From a bacterium (lineage in GTDB: Bacteria > UBA8248 > JACPRG01 > G963555815): 64,000 nucleotides of DNA. The notes beneath the pieces are model-generated. The model was not told the DNA's origin. It ran no database searches and saw only the letters and a list, made by a program, of their open reading frames with translations. The number at the start of each line of letters is the position of its first letter. The first letter of the stretch is position 1. Position numbers and translations under genes: made by a program. Location: assembly GCA_965218795.1 (NCBI GenBank), contig OZ244653.1, positions 3,008,001 to 3,072,000 of the forward strand, in the 5' to 3' direction. Below, piece by piece: positions 1-10,014 of the stretch.

Positions 1-471
1 GCCCAGCCAGGAGAACCGGATGTCCCCGGGGAGAAGGACGCTCAGGACTTGGTTGATGGGGCCGCCCTGATAGAGGAGCATCTGAAAGGTAAAGCCGATG
101 ACCACGGGGACCATCAGCATAGGGATGATGAAGAGCATGTAGTAAACGCTCCGGCCGCGGAAGGGTTTTTGAAGGAGATAAGCCAAGCCGAAGCCCAAGA
201 CGACCGAGAAGAAGGTCGATGTTCCGGCGAAGATGAAAGACCTGGCCAGTGCCAGAAGGAACCGGCCTTCTGTGATGATCTCCCAAAAGTTCTCGAGACC
301 GACGAAACTCGCGGTCCACCAAGGCCCCAGGTAGGCCGTCCATTGATGGAGGGTGAGATACATCTGGAGGAGGAGGACCGGAATCAGGAAAATGAGGGCG
401 AGGACGAGGGGAGTGAGGGCGCCCCAGCGGAGGAGCCCGCCTTTTCGCCTGACCGGGATTGCCTGGGCCAT
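1..471 (-). CDS. Carbohydrate (CUT1) ABC transporter permease, partial (runs off the window start)
   Basis: Not in ORF track. Hand translation from ATG at 471: MAQAIPVRRK...SFVGLENFWEIITEGRFLLALARSFIFAG...IIPMLMVPVVIGFTFQMLL. Contains the FVGLENF motif and TM segments, and lies downstream of an SBP gene. Confidence 0.9.
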   Translation of the reverse strand, partial: MAQAIPVRRKGGLLRWGALTPLVLALIFLIPVLLLQMYLTLHQWTAYLGPWWTASFVGLENFWEIITEGRFLLALARSFIFAGTSTFFSVVLGFGLAYLLQKPFRGRSVYYMLFIIPMLMVPVVIGFTFQMLLYQGGPINQVLSVLLPGDIRFSWLG

Positions 472-494
472 CTTTCTACGACTCAAATGGGGTT

Positions 495-532
495 AAAAAA
501 GGCCCGGGGGCCTCAGAGCCCCCGGGCCTTTT
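495..532 (-). terminator. Stem-loop with U-tract between SBP and permease (terminator or mRNA stabiliser)
   Basis: Inverted repeat aaaaggcccgggggc-ctcaga-gcccccgggcctttt; T6 follows the stem on the minus strand. Confidence 0.7.
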
Positions 533-546
533 GTTTCCGCCTCGCC

Positions 547-2013
547 TCAGCTCACCTTCGGCACATCGACCTTGGGCATGGCGTCGCGGTACGATTTCAC
601 GTCCTTCTGCATCCGCGATTTTCCAACCCGGCGGATGATCTTGTGCCAGTCCTTCTCGATGCGCTTCAGGGCATCGCGCGGTTTGACGACCCCGAGCCAA
701 GCGTCCGAAACATTCTTGTCGAGGGTGTCGTTGAACTCCTGCGCCCCTGTCGTACGGACCATGGGGGAGTTGACCTGCATGTTGAGGTAAATGGCGTCCG
801 TGCCCTCAGGCGTATAGGCCTTGCGGACGTCGGGGTCTTTGAAGTGCTCCTCCCGCCAGGGATCGTGCACGGTGCTGACCGAGCCGCCGACGATGTAGGT
901 GGAGTTGCGCCGTGACGTCCACCACATGGCCAAGTGGGCCGCCGCGTCGACGTTCTTGGCAAAATTGTTCACCACAACGAGGGGCGGGCCGGCCGCACAC
1001 GTCCGGGCGATCCGCCTTCCATTGGGCAGGACGTTCGCCGGCACGGCGCCGTGGACCCATTTCCCCGCCACTTTCGACTTCTTGGGGTTTTCGAGAATGG
1101 GCAGAACTCCTCCCCAGTAGATGCTCTGGTAGCCCTTTCCGCCGCCGAGGTGCAGCCAGTTCTGGGCGGTCCCCCAGTTGTCGATATCCTTCAGGACGTA
1201 CTTCTTCTCCGCGAGATAGGCCTCGAGGGCCGCTTCGGCGGTATCGTTATCGAAGTTCAAGGAAAGGTCGTCATTGAAGGGGAAGAGCCCGTGGTTGTAG
1301 TAGTTGATGAAGAACCACCAAAACCCCCAGCGCCTCGCCCGAAGGCTCCCGAAACCGGTCAGCTTGTTGGGGTCGGAGCCGAAGAACGCCCCCTGACGAA
1401 GATACTCCTTCCAGGTGGTGGCGAACTTCAGCGGGACGCCGTACTTGTCCGCGTAGCGTTTCTGGTTGTCCGGATTTTCCAGGACGTCTTTGCGGACGAA
1501 ATACGTGTGGCAGTTCCCGTCGGTCACCAGCCCGATGGTCTTCCCGTCGATCTGTGACATCTCGGCGAACGTGCCCACGCTCGAATAATCGAAATCGGCT
1601 GACTTCATGTATTCGTCGAGCGGCGCCGCGAGACCCGCCGTAGCCAAGGTCGGGACGGTGTCGCTGTGGACGTGCAACAGGTCGATCTTTCCGGAGCGCG
1701 ACAGGGCCTCCGCCATGGCCCGCTGAGACAACTGGGAGAACCCGATGTCAATGGGTTTCCCGAGACCGATCCCCGTGTGCTTCTTGAAGGCGGTCGCCAA
1801 CTCCACCATTTCACCCTTGGAGTGGCCGCCCCAGGCGACGAAGCTCAGGTCTACGTTCTTCTTCAGCTTTTTCGCCGACTCGATGATCCGCAATTCATCG
1901 GGCCCGGGCTCAGGCATCTTCGAGTAGGCCCTGGCCTTGATATGAACAAATGGGCCCGCCGCGGCTATGGCCCCTGCGGCCGCTGTTCCCTTGAGAAACG
2001 TTCTGCGCTTCAT
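547..2013 (-). CDS. Extracellular solute-binding protein (family 1), Tat-exported
   Basis: N-terminal KRRTFLK twin-arginine signal; SBP_bac_1-like motifs (RKDVLE...YGVPLKFATTWKEY); strong RBS GGAGGAGG. Confidence 0.88.
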   Translation of the reverse strand: MKRRTFLKGTAAAGAIAAAGPFVHIKARAYSKMPEPGPDELRIIESAKKLKKNVDLSFVAWGGHSKGEMVELATAFKKHTGIGLGKPIDIGFSQLSQRAMAEALSRSGKIDLLHVHSDTVPTLATAGLAAPLDEYMKSADFDYSSVGTFAEMSQIDGKTIGLVTDGNCHTYFVRKDVLENPDNQKRYADKYGVPLKFATTWKEYLRQGAFFGSDPNKLTGFGSLRARRWGFWWFFINYYNHGLFPFNDDLSLNFDNDTAEAALEAYLAEKKYVLKDIDNWGTAQNWLHLGGGKGYQSIYWGGVLPILENPKKSKVAGKWVHGAVPANVLPNGRRIARTCAAGPPLVVVNNFAKNVDAAAHLAMWWTSRRNSTYIVGGSVSTVHDPWREEHFKDPDVRKAYTPEGTDAIYLNMQVNSPMVRTTGAQEFNDTLDKNVSDAWLGVVKPRDALKRIEKDWHKIIRRVGKSRMQKDVKSYRDAMPKVDVPKVS

Positions 2014-2233
2014 CTCATTCCCTCCTCCGGCTGGCCGCCCCCCTCCAGAAGGATCCCCTCCTGGCGAATAAGAGCGGAAGGCTCAAGACTTCCCAGGTCA
2101 GACAGACGTCCACACCACCTCACCGATATCCGGAGTATACCTCAGTCGGCAACTCCACCACAACCCCGTTTTCCGTGGCCTGGCCTTCCTGCGTCAACCC
2201 CCCCCAGGCGGAACGAAGACCGGAGCCCCATCC

Positions 2234-2974
2234 TCAATCAGGCCGCTTGGCCTCCGCGCCCTCGGCCACCTTCTCCTTGAACTCGTCGTTGCTCAGAATC
2301 CAGCCGAGACACCGGGAGACGTTTTGCAGACCCAATACGTGCAGATCCTCGCCGTACATACTGGCTACGCAATCGGACATGACCACCACGTGATAGTCGT
2401 GGTTGAACGCGGTGAAAGCCGTGTTGAGCACGCACGTGTTTGTATTGATCCCCATCAGACAGATGTTCTCAATGTTCAGACTCTTGAGCAGTCCATCCAG
2501 ATCCGTCCCCATGAAGCAGTCCAGGCGCTTCTTGTTGTCGATGACGTAATCGCCTTCTTCCAAGAGGCTGGGGATGATTTCCGTCTGGACAGAGCCCAGG
2601 ATGTTATGGTCATCGACCGTACTCTTGCGCCCGGGGCTCAGCCGGTTTTTTTCGTCCTGGATGTCGTGGAGGGCCTTCCAGAAGGGGACGCGCATCCCTT
2701 CGCTGCCCAGGTCGGGGATCTTGCGGAAAACAAGCTTCACGTGAATAATGGGGACGCCATGGACGCGGGCGAAGTCGATGACGTCCTCGGCTGCTTTGAT
2801 GACCCTTTCGGCGTCCTCCGCCGTGGCAGGCATCGTAGCCACTTCCGGGTCCAGGTGCCCGCGGTGCATGTCGATCGTCACGATGGCAGTCTTCCCAGGA
2901 TCCAGCGTCAACATTTCCGATAGTGTATTGGTCATCTCAGACCGGTCGACGATTTCGACAGATGACATATTCAT
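2234..2974 (-). CDS. Isochorismatase-family cysteine hydrolase (amidase)
   Basis: TAIVTIDMH (Asp), NKKRLDCF (Lys) and GINTNTCV (Cys) form the triad. Start moved to ATG 2974 after a GAGGAGG RBS. Confidence 0.88.
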   Translation of the reverse strand: MNMSSVEIVDRSEMTNTLSEMLTLDPGKTAIVTIDMHRGHLDPEVATMPATAEDAERVIKAAEDVIDFARVHGVPIIHVKLVFRKIPDLGSEGMRVPFWKALHDIQDEKNRLSPGRKSTVDDHNILGSVQTEIIPSLLEEGDYVIDNKKRLDCFMGTDLDGLLKSLNIENICLMGINTNTCVLNTAFTAFNHDYHVVVMSDCVASMYGEDLHVLGLQNVSRCLGWILSNDEFKEKVAEGAEAKRPD

Positions 2975-3106
2975 ACCCTCCTCTCCACAATGTGGACGGA
3001 AGCAACGGGAGCGCTCCCGCCGTTTGAGCCGCTGAAAGTTGATGGAACCGCTGACAGGATACTCCGAAATTCGGGTTTTTCCCACCTCAATTGCGGCGGA
3101 CACCGA

Positions 3107-3449
3107 TTATTTCTTTCTCTTGGTTCCCTTCTTCGCGGTGGCTGATCCCTCCCACCATGGCGGCCTGCCGTCTCCTTCCTTGATGGTCCCGTCCTTTTCA
3201 AAGTAGAACCGACGGTCCATGCCGCGTTCGTATTTTCTGTTCAGCATCGCGACGAGCCAGTCGGCGCCCATGCACATGAAATCGGCTCCCACCCCGCCCA
3301 TCTCGCCAACGGTCCCCACTGTCTCGATACAGAATACGCCTCCTTTTTTGACTGCCTCTGGCACTGTTACCCTCGCATTCGGTGTAATTGCTCCGCCTGG
3401 GCGGTAGTCGGGGTTGAATATTAGGTTCCTACTTACCCATAAATGAAAT
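3107..3449 (-). pseudogene. 3' remnant of an unknown gene truncated by IS1595
   Basis: The open frame runs into the IS terminal repeat, and the ATG given by the ORF track lies inside the TIR. GC content is lower than in the flanks. Confidence 0.5.
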
Positions 3450-4184
3450 AGGGTCATGCCTAGCTGAGAGTCGAGCTTTACTCCAGAATGCTATGTATGA
3501 CAATGAAAAACAAGTATGCGAGGCGTTCAAGGATTTCCGAGGCCAAAGTCCGTGAAGCCGTTCGGTATTTCGCCGCAGCTCTCACCGCTGTCCAGGCGGC
3601 CGAGTTGAGCGGATTGAACCGGAACACGGTGAACCGTCTATACCGCGCTCTGCGGGAACGCATCCTGCTAGCTTGTGAGGCGCAACGCCCTGTGTTCGGT
3701 GTGGTCGAGGTAGACGAAAGTCTCTTCGGCACTCGCCGCGTGAAGGGCAGGCGCGGGCGTGGAGCCTATGGCAAAACGACCGTCTTTGGTATCTTCGAAC
3801 GTGAGGGACAGGTCTATACGGAGATCGTCTCGGATTGCTCAAAGCCCACACTGCAAGGGATCATCCGCGGCAAGGTGGACCTGAACACCGTCGTCAACTC
3901 GGACAACTGGCGTGGCTACAACGGCTTGGTCGAGCTCGGATACGGCCACTTCCGGGTCGACCATTGCTTTGATGAGTTCACTTGCGGTGCCGTCCACATC
4001 AACGGCATCGAAGGCTTCTGGGGACTGGCCAAGGTTCGGCTGGCAAAATTCAAGGGCCTGCCCAAACACACCTTCCACCTCCATCTCAAAGAAACCGAGT
4101 GGCGCTACAATTATCGCCATTCCAACAAATACAAAACCCTGTTAACCTACCTGCGAGAAAATCCCATCAGCTAGGCATGACCCT
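3450..4184 (+). mobile_element. IS1595-family insertion sequence (IS1016-like, ~735 bp)
   Basis: Perfect 18-bp TIRs agggtcatgcctagctga (3450-3467) / tcagctaggcatgaccct (4167-4184) enclose the transposase; no target-site duplication visible. Confidence 0.9.
3503..4174 (+). CDS. IS1595-family DDE transposase
   Basis: HTH (AAELSGLNRNTV), VEVDES, SDNWRGY, HINGIEGFW and LKETEWRYN motifs; stop codon lies inside the right TIR. Confidence 0.92.
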   Translation: MKNKYARRSRISEAKVREAVRYFAAALTAVQAAELSGLNRNTVNRLYRALRERILLACEAQRPVFGVVEVDESLFGTRRVKGRRGRGAYGKTTVFGIFEREGQVYTEIVSDCSKPTLQGIIRGKVDLNTVVNSDNWRGYNGLVELGYGHFRVDHCFDEFTCGAVHINGIEGFWGLAKVRLAKFKGLPKHTFHLHLKETEWRYNYRHSNKYKTLLTYLRENPIS

Positions 4185-4303
4185 TGATTTATTCTTGGTT
4201 TCCGGGCATCGTCGATTCGTCGAGTTCACCAATGTCATCAACGGCAAGCTCTCCGGCTGAGTGCCTCCCGCTGCACGGGCAAAGGGGTGTGACGGGCTGA
4301 AGC

Positions 4304-5653
4304 TCAGGTTGACCGATCTTCGCCCACCGGGACCGGCTGGGGCTGGAGAGACCCTGCTTCTTCCCGGCGCATCAGCCAAAGGAGGAGGAGCAGGCCCGGC
4401 ACAGCCGCTACCGTCGTCAGCAGAAAGAAAGTGACCCAGTCCAGGTGGTCGGCCAGCCAGCCGGCCGATGCAGAAAGCATCGTCCGGGGCAGTGACATCA
4501 AGGCGCTCAACAGGGCGTACTGGGTCGCGGTATAGGTTGCCGAGCAAAGACTGGACAGGTAGGCGACGAAGGCCGCCGTCCCCATCCCCCCCGAGAGATT
4601 TTCGATTCCGATAGTCAGCGTCAGCATCGGCACCGAGTGCCCAGCCATTGCCTGTATGGCGAACATCAGATTGGAAAGCATCTGGAGCACGCCGCAGACC
4701 AGCAGACTCCGCATGATCCCCGCCCGGGTCACTAGGATCCCGCCGAGGAACCCTCCCAGGAGCGTGGCTCCCAGACCGAACAACTTGCTGACGTTGGCGA
4801 TTTCGATTTTCGTGAACTGAAGTTCGATGTAAAAAGGGTTTGCCATCGTCCCCGCCAGGGTGTCGCCCAGCTTGTAGAAGATCACGAAGAGCAGAATGAT
4901 CACCCAGCCCCGTCTCCTCATGAAGTCGAGGAACGGGTTGATGGCGGCTGCCTGGAGCCAGGCGGCGGTATTGTAGATCCATGATCCGCGTTCTTGAGTG
5001 CCGGATTTGACTTCATGGACCGCCCGTACGGGCTCGGGGTTGAGGAGGACGGTCATGATCCCGACTGTCACCAGCCCGCCCATGACGGCGTACACCGCGG
5101 ACCAGCTTATGGATGAAGCCAGATAGAGCGCGCCCGCTCCGGAAGCCAGCATCCCGATGCGGTATCCGAAGACGATCGTCGCGGCCCCGGCGCCGTACTG
5201 CCGCTCTTCGAGGATTTCTACACGGTAGGCGTCGATGACGATGTCCTGGCTGGCCGAACAGAACGTGACCGCCAGCGAGAGGATGGCCGTCCATCCCAGG
5301 TTTTCGGCCGGATGGGTCGTGCCCAGTCCGACGATGGCGGCCATGAGCGCGAGCTGGGTGAGAATCATCCAGCTCCGGCGGGGACCGAGCCGCGCTGTGA
5401 GGAACGGAATGCGGAGATGGTCCACGAGCGGCGCCCAAAGGAACTTGAGCGTGTACGGCATTCCCACCAGGGCGAAGAGGCCGATGGCCGTCTTGCTGAC
5501 GCCGACTTCCTTCAGCCAGATGGACAGGGTGGAAAACGTCAAGAGGAGAGGAAGCCCGCTCGAGAATCCCAGGAACATGATTGCGATGACCCGGGGGTCG
5601 CGGTAGACGGCTGCGGCTTCAAGCCAGCGTCGAACGGGACTTTGTTTGTTCAT
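4304..5653 (-). CDS. ampG: AmpG family muropeptide MFS transporter
   Basis: FLGFSSGLP, PYTLKFLWAP, SASQDIVIDAYRVE and YTATQYALLS signature motifs. Confidence 0.93.
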   Translation of the reverse strand: MNKQSPVRRWLEAAAVYRDPRVIAIMFLGFSSGLPLLLTFSTLSIWLKEVGVSKTAIGLFALVGMPYTLKFLWAPLVDHLRIPFLTARLGPRRSWMILTQLALMAAIVGLGTTHPAENLGWTAILSLAVTFCSASQDIVIDAYRVEILEERQYGAGAATIVFGYRIGMLASGAGALYLASSISWSAVYAVMGGLVTVGIMTVLLNPEPVRAVHEVKSGTQERGSWIYNTAAWLQAAAINPFLDFMRRRGWVIILLFVIFYKLGDTLAGTMANPFYIELQFTKIEIANVSKLFGLGATLLGGFLGGILVTRAGIMRSLLVCGVLQMLSNLMFAIQAMAGHSVPMLTLTIGIENLSGGMGTAAFVAYLSSLCSATYTATQYALLSALMSLPRTMLSASAGWLADHLDWVTFFLLTTVAAVPGLLLLLWLMRREEAGSLQPQPVPVGEDRST

Positions 5654-5938
5654 TTCTTGACGGGGCCGCCCTGCGCGAAGGGCGGGTCGAATAGGACGAA
5701 TAGGAAAAGTGGAACGGGCCGGATGAATCGTTCATGGGGGCGGCCACATGGATATATCTCAACCGGAAGGAAAGTTCCCCACAGTCCCTCATTTGACTAT
5801 AATGCCCTATGAGAGAGTACACGGAAAGGTTCGACCCATCAGTCTTCGAAAAGTGAAGCCGGATGAACGGGTGCGGGTTTCGCGCAACTGTGGATTTTGT
5901 CCGAACCCGGATTCGAGTGATTGGGAGGGGGGGTAGGT

Positions 5939-8287
5939 TTGGTTGAGACCGCGGGTCTTTATTTCGGCAAGAGCCAGCCCCGGTTTGAGGACCCCCGGCT
6001 TCTCACCGGCCGGGGACGTTACGTCGATGATATCCAGCCGCCGCGGTGCCTGCACGCCGCCATCCTCCGCACGCCTCATGTCCACGCGAAGATATTGTCT
6101 ATCGATACTTCGGCCGCCCGGGCCCTGGAAGGCGTCGAGCTGGTCCTGACGTCGGATGACCTGGGCGGCCTGGCCGCTCCTCTTCCCCTGCTTGTCCCCC
6201 ATCCCACGCTGAAAGACCCGAGGACGCCCACGCCGCTGGCAGTCGGGAATGTCCGCTATGAGGGGGAGCCTGTGGCCGTGGTGGTGGCTGAAGACCGCTA
6301 CACCGCGGAGGACGCCGCCGAGCTCATCCACGTGGATTACGAGCCCCTGCCGCCGGTGACGGATGTCGAGGACGCGCTGGATGAGGGCGGGCCGCTGGTT
6401 CACGAGGACACAGGAAGCAACGTTGCGGCGGACTTTCTCCAGGTGGTCGGCGATCCCGACAAGGCGTTCTCTGATGCTGACGTGGTTGTGAGCAAGCGGT
6501 TTGTCGTCGACCGGGGGGCCTCCATCCCCATGGAAGGGCGGGGCGTGCTGGCCGAATGGAACGGGCGCGACCGGAAGCTCCAGATCCACGTTTCCACGCA
6601 GGCCCCTGTGCCGCTCCGTGCGGGACTCGCGCAGATGCTCGGCTTGCCCGAGCACGATGTGCGTCTCGTCGCACCGGACGTGGGCGGCGGGTTCGGGCCG
6701 AAGGCCATCATTTTTTATCCCGAAGAGATTCTGATCCCCTATTGCTCGATGCAGCTCGACCGGCCCGTCAAATGGATCGAGGACCGGCGGGAGCACTTCC
6801 TGGCAAGCACGCAGGAGCGGGTCCAGATTCACGATGCCGAAATCGCCTTCACGAAGGATGGAACCCTGCTGGGCGTGCGGGATGACTTCCTGATGGACGC
6901 GGGCGCTTATGTACCCTACGGACTGATCGTCGGGATTGTGACGAGCACCACCCTTCCCGGACCGTACCGGGTGCGGAACTACCGGTCGCGACTCCGCTCG
7001 ATTTATACGAACAGGATCACGGTGACCCCCTACCGCGGGGCCGGACGTCCCCACGCGGTCTTCGTCATCGAGAAACTGTTCGACGAGGCCGCCCGGGCCC
7101 TTGAGATGGATCCACTCGAGTTGCGGGAGAAAAACCTGATCCAGCCGGATGAATTCCCGTGGGATGTGCAGATGATCTATCAGGACACCTCCGATGTGAT
7201 CTATGACAGCGGAAATTATCCCGCCTGCCAGCGAACCGCCGCCGAAGCCATCGGGTACAGGGAATTCCAGGAAACCGGGAGGGCGGCCTACCGGAAGGAA
7301 GGGCGATACGTCGGCATCGGGGTGGCCAACTATGTCGAGGGAACCGGCATCGGCCCCTATGAGGGGGCGAAGGTCTATGTCGAGCCCACCGGGGACGTCT
7401 TCGTCGGGACCGGCAGCGGAGCGACGGGACAGGGGGCCGAGACCACGTTTGCCCAGATCGCCGCTGAAGCCCTCGGTGTGGGGCCGGAGCGAATTCGGGT
7501 TGCGACCAGCGATACCGACAAATTCCACTGGGGGGTCGGAAACTACGCCTCCAGGACCGCCGTTGTGACGGGCTCGGCCGTCCACAAGGCGGCGACCAAA
7601 GTGCGGGCCATGATGGCCAAAGTAGCCGCCGAGGAGCTGGAAGCCGATGCTGACAGTCTGGTATTCGAAGAGGGCTCCGTCTATGTCGAAGGGTCTCCCG
7701 CGAAGAAGCTGACGTTCCAGGATGTGGCCCGTCTGGCCAATCCGCTCCGGGGCAACCTGCCGTCGGATTTTGTCCCGGGTCTGGAAGCCACCGAATTCCA
7801 CGTCCCCAAAACGGCGTCGTATTCCAGCGGGACGCATGCGGTCATCGTGGAGGTTGATCCGAGCCGCTGCGACATCGAGGTTCTGAAATATGTCATCGTC
7901 CACGACTGTGGAAACATGATCAATCCGATGGTCGTCGACGGTCAGGTGAAGGGGGGCCTGGCGCAGGGGATGGGAGGCGCCTTCTTCGAAAAGCTGGTCT
8001 ACGACGAAGACAGCGGCGCCCTGCTGACGGCGAGCCTGATGGACTATTGCGTCCCGACCGCTTCGGAGGTCCCCGAGCCGGAAGTCCACCATTTGATCAC
8101 GCCCTCGCCCATGAATCCTCTTGGGGTGAAGGGCTGCGGCGAAGGCGGGACCATCCCCGCCCCGACCGTTATCGCGCAGGCCGTGCAGGACGCCCTTTCG
8201 GAATTTGGTATTCAGATTGACTCGATCCCGCTGAGCCCGAGGGTGCTGCATGACCTCCTGACGGCTGCGAGAGGGACGGAAGCATGA
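5939..8287 (+). CDS. Xanthine dehydrogenase family Mo-binding large subunit (CoxL/CutL-like, not form I CODH)
   Basis: RFEDPRLLTGRGRYVDD, DVGGGFGPK, PYRGAGRP, YDSGNY, GNYASR and KGCGEGG motifs. Probable TTG start at 5939. Confidence 0.92.
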   Translation: MVETAGLYFGKSQPRFEDPRLLTGRGRYVDDIQPPRCLHAAILRTPHVHAKILSIDTSAARALEGVELVLTSDDLGGLAAPLPLLVPHPTLKDPRTPTPLAVGNVRYEGEPVAVVVAEDRYTAEDAAELIHVDYEPLPPVTDVEDALDEGGPLVHEDTGSNVAADFLQVVGDPDKAFSDADVVVSKRFVVDRGASIPMEGRGVLAEWNGRDRKLQIHVSTQAPVPLRAGLAQMLGLPEHDVRLVAPDVGGGFGPKAIIFYPEEILIPYCSMQLDRPVKWIEDRREHFLASTQERVQIHDAEIAFTKDGTLLGVRDDFLMDAGAYVPYGLIVGIVTSTTLPGPYRVRNYRSRLRSIYTNRITVTPYRGAGRPHAVFVIEKLFDEAARALEMDPLELREKNLIQPDEFPWDVQMIYQDTSDVIYDSGNYPACQRTAAEAIGYREFQETGRAAYRKEGRYVGIGVANYVEGTGIGPYEGAKVYVEPTGDVFVGTGSGATGQGAETTFAQIAAEALGVGPERIRVATSDTDKFHWGVGNYASRTAVVTGSAVHKAATKVRAMMAKVAAEELEADADSLVFEEGSVYVEGSPAKKLTFQDVARLANPLRGNLPSDFVPGLEATEFHVPKTASYSSGTHAVIVEVDPSRCDIEVLKYVIVHDCGNMINPMVVDGQVKGGLAQGMGGAFFEKLVYDEDSGALLTASLMDYCVPTASEVPEPEVHHLITPSPMNPLGVKGCGEGGTIPAPTVIAQAVQDALSEFGIQIDSIPLSPRVLHDLLTAARGTEA

Positions 8288-9162
8288 AGCCGGTCGCGTT
8301 CGATTACTTCGATCCCAGGAGCGTCGAGGAAACAATGGAACTCCTTGGCCGGCACGGTGAGGACGGAAAGCTTCTCGCCGGGGGGCAGAGCCTCGTTCCC
8401 TTGATGAATTTTCGCCTGGCCCGTCCGACCGCGTTGATCGATTTGAACAATGTCGATGAACTGGAGTACATCCGCGAGAGCGACGGACAGATCGAGATCG
8501 GCGCCATGACCCGGGACCGGGACATCGAAATCTCGCCCATCGTCCGGGAAAAGTGCGGCCTGCTGGCCCTGGCCTCCTCCTGGATCGGTCACGCGCAGAT
8601 CCGGAACCGGAGCACGATCGGGGGAGGAACGGCGCATAACGATCCGGCGGGCGAGATCCCCGCAGCGCTTCTTGCCCTGGACGCCCGCATCCTGATCCGC
8701 GATCAGGCCGGAGGCATCCGGGAAGAAGCTGCAGGGGATTTCTTTATCACCTATCTCACGACGACATTGGAGCCGACCGATCTGATCGTCGGAGTCCGTT
8801 TGCCTGCTCACCCGGCAGGCTCGGGATTCGCGGTCGAAGAGTTTGCGCGGCGAAGCGGCGATTTTGCCATCGCGGGCGTCATGGCCCGCGTCACGATTCA
8901 GAATGGAGTCTGTCAGGGGGCGAGGGTTTCCATGATGGGCGTGGGTCCGACAGCCGTTTTGGCGGCCGATGCCTGTGAGGCGCTCACGGGGGCCGAGCCG
9001 AAGTCGGAATTGATTGAAGAAGCCGCGAGGCTGGCGAGGGACGAAGCAGAGCCCGATGACGATATCCATGCGTCGGTCGATTTCCGGCGGGAATTGGTCG
9101 GGAACCTGGCGCGGGATTGCCTCACGACGGCCTTTCGCAATGCGGGGGCGGACCTGGGATGA
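8284..9162 (+). CDS. Mo-hydroxylase FAD-binding medium subunit (CoxM-like)
   Basis: MKPVAFDY, LAGGQSL, IRNRSTIGG, RRSGDFA and DIHAS motifs; ATGA overlap with the large subunit. Confidence 0.93.
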   Translation: MKPVAFDYFDPRSVEETMELLGRHGEDGKLLAGGQSLVPLMNFRLARPTALIDLNNVDELEYIRESDGQIEIGAMTRDRDIEISPIVREKCGLLALASSWIGHAQIRNRSTIGGGTAHNDPAGEIPAALLALDARILIRDQAGGIREEAAGDFFITYLTTTLEPTDLIVGVRLPAHPAGSGFAVEEFARRSGDFAIAGVMARVTIQNGVCQGARVSMMGVGPTAVLAADACEALTGAEPKSELIEEAARLARDEAEPDDDIHASVDFRRELVGNLARDCLTTAFRNAGADLG

Positions 9163-9656
9163 GCCGCAAAAGGAACATCACGGTTGAAGTCAACGGCCGC
9201 GAAACGACCGCTGAGATACCGGTCCGGAAATTGCTCTGCGACTTCATCCGGGAGGACGCCGGATGGACCGGGACGCACATCGGCTGTGAGCATGGAGTCT
9301 GCGGCGCGTGCACCGTTCTGGTGGACGGAAGGGGCGTGCGATCCTGCCTGATGTTCGCGGTTCAGGCGGAGGGCCGCAAGGTCCAAACCGTCGAGAGTCT
9401 GGGCTCGCCCGAGAACCTGAGCCCGCTCCAGAAAGCCTTTCAGGACAAACACGGCCTCCAATGCGGCTTTTGCACGCCGGGATTCCTCATGACCCTGACG
9501 GAATTTCTGAATGATCATCCGAAACCCACGCGGGATGAGATCCGGGAGGCCATCTCAGGGAACCTCTGTCGGTGTACGGGGTATATGGGAATCATCGACG
9601 CCGTTTCGGCGTACGTAGAGTCATCGGCTGGTACCATCTCGGAAAGAGGCAAATGA
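9159..9656 (+). CDS. Mo-hydroxylase [2Fe-2S] small subunit (CoxS-like)
   Basis: GCEHGVCGACTV, QCGFCTPG and NLCRCTGY motifs; ATGA overlap at 9159. Confidence 0.93.
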   Translation: MSRKRNITVEVNGRETTAEIPVRKLLCDFIREDAGWTGTHIGCEHGVCGACTVLVDGRGVRSCLMFAVQAEGRKVQTVESLGSPENLSPLQKAFQDKHGLQCGFCTPGFLMTLTEFLNDHPKPTRDEIREAISGNLCRCTGYMGIIDAVSAYVESSAGTISERGK

Positions 9657-10014
9657 GACGGATGGAGAACAGGTCAGCGATGACCTTCTCCCATCCGCGT
9701 GGATCGAAGGAAAGTCAAGCCAAGGGAATTCCTGAGCGATCAGGCCGAGAGCATCGCTCGGTCGCAGAAAGCTTCTTGGGGGCAGGGAGACACGCTGTGT
9801 CAGGTTTCTGAACTGGTGATCCTGCCGCCAAGAAGGCTATCGAAGGCCGTGCACCACAGACGAATTGAATGAGGCCGAGAGCCTCAACCGCCGAATGGCC
9901 GGCACGCAAGCGCCCCAGAAAGCCCCCTGAAGAATTCTCGATGGTTTGGCGCTTTCATTCAGAGCAAACACGATTGCCCAAGGATTCGAACGGCCCGGGG
10001 GAGGGAGAGACGAC

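Noticed and set aside
5807-8335. Long antisense ORFs (e.g. 5807-8335, 14267-15787, 22441-24411, 30987-32459, 59080-60858, 62289-63866)
   Set aside because: Shadow frames opposite well-supported genes in high-GC DNA, with no recognisable motifs.
5939-9656. Aerobic CO dehydrogenase (form I coxLMS)
   Set aside because: No large subunit has the AYxCSFR motif (PYRGAGR and PVRGAGR are seen instead), and coxD/E/F are absent.
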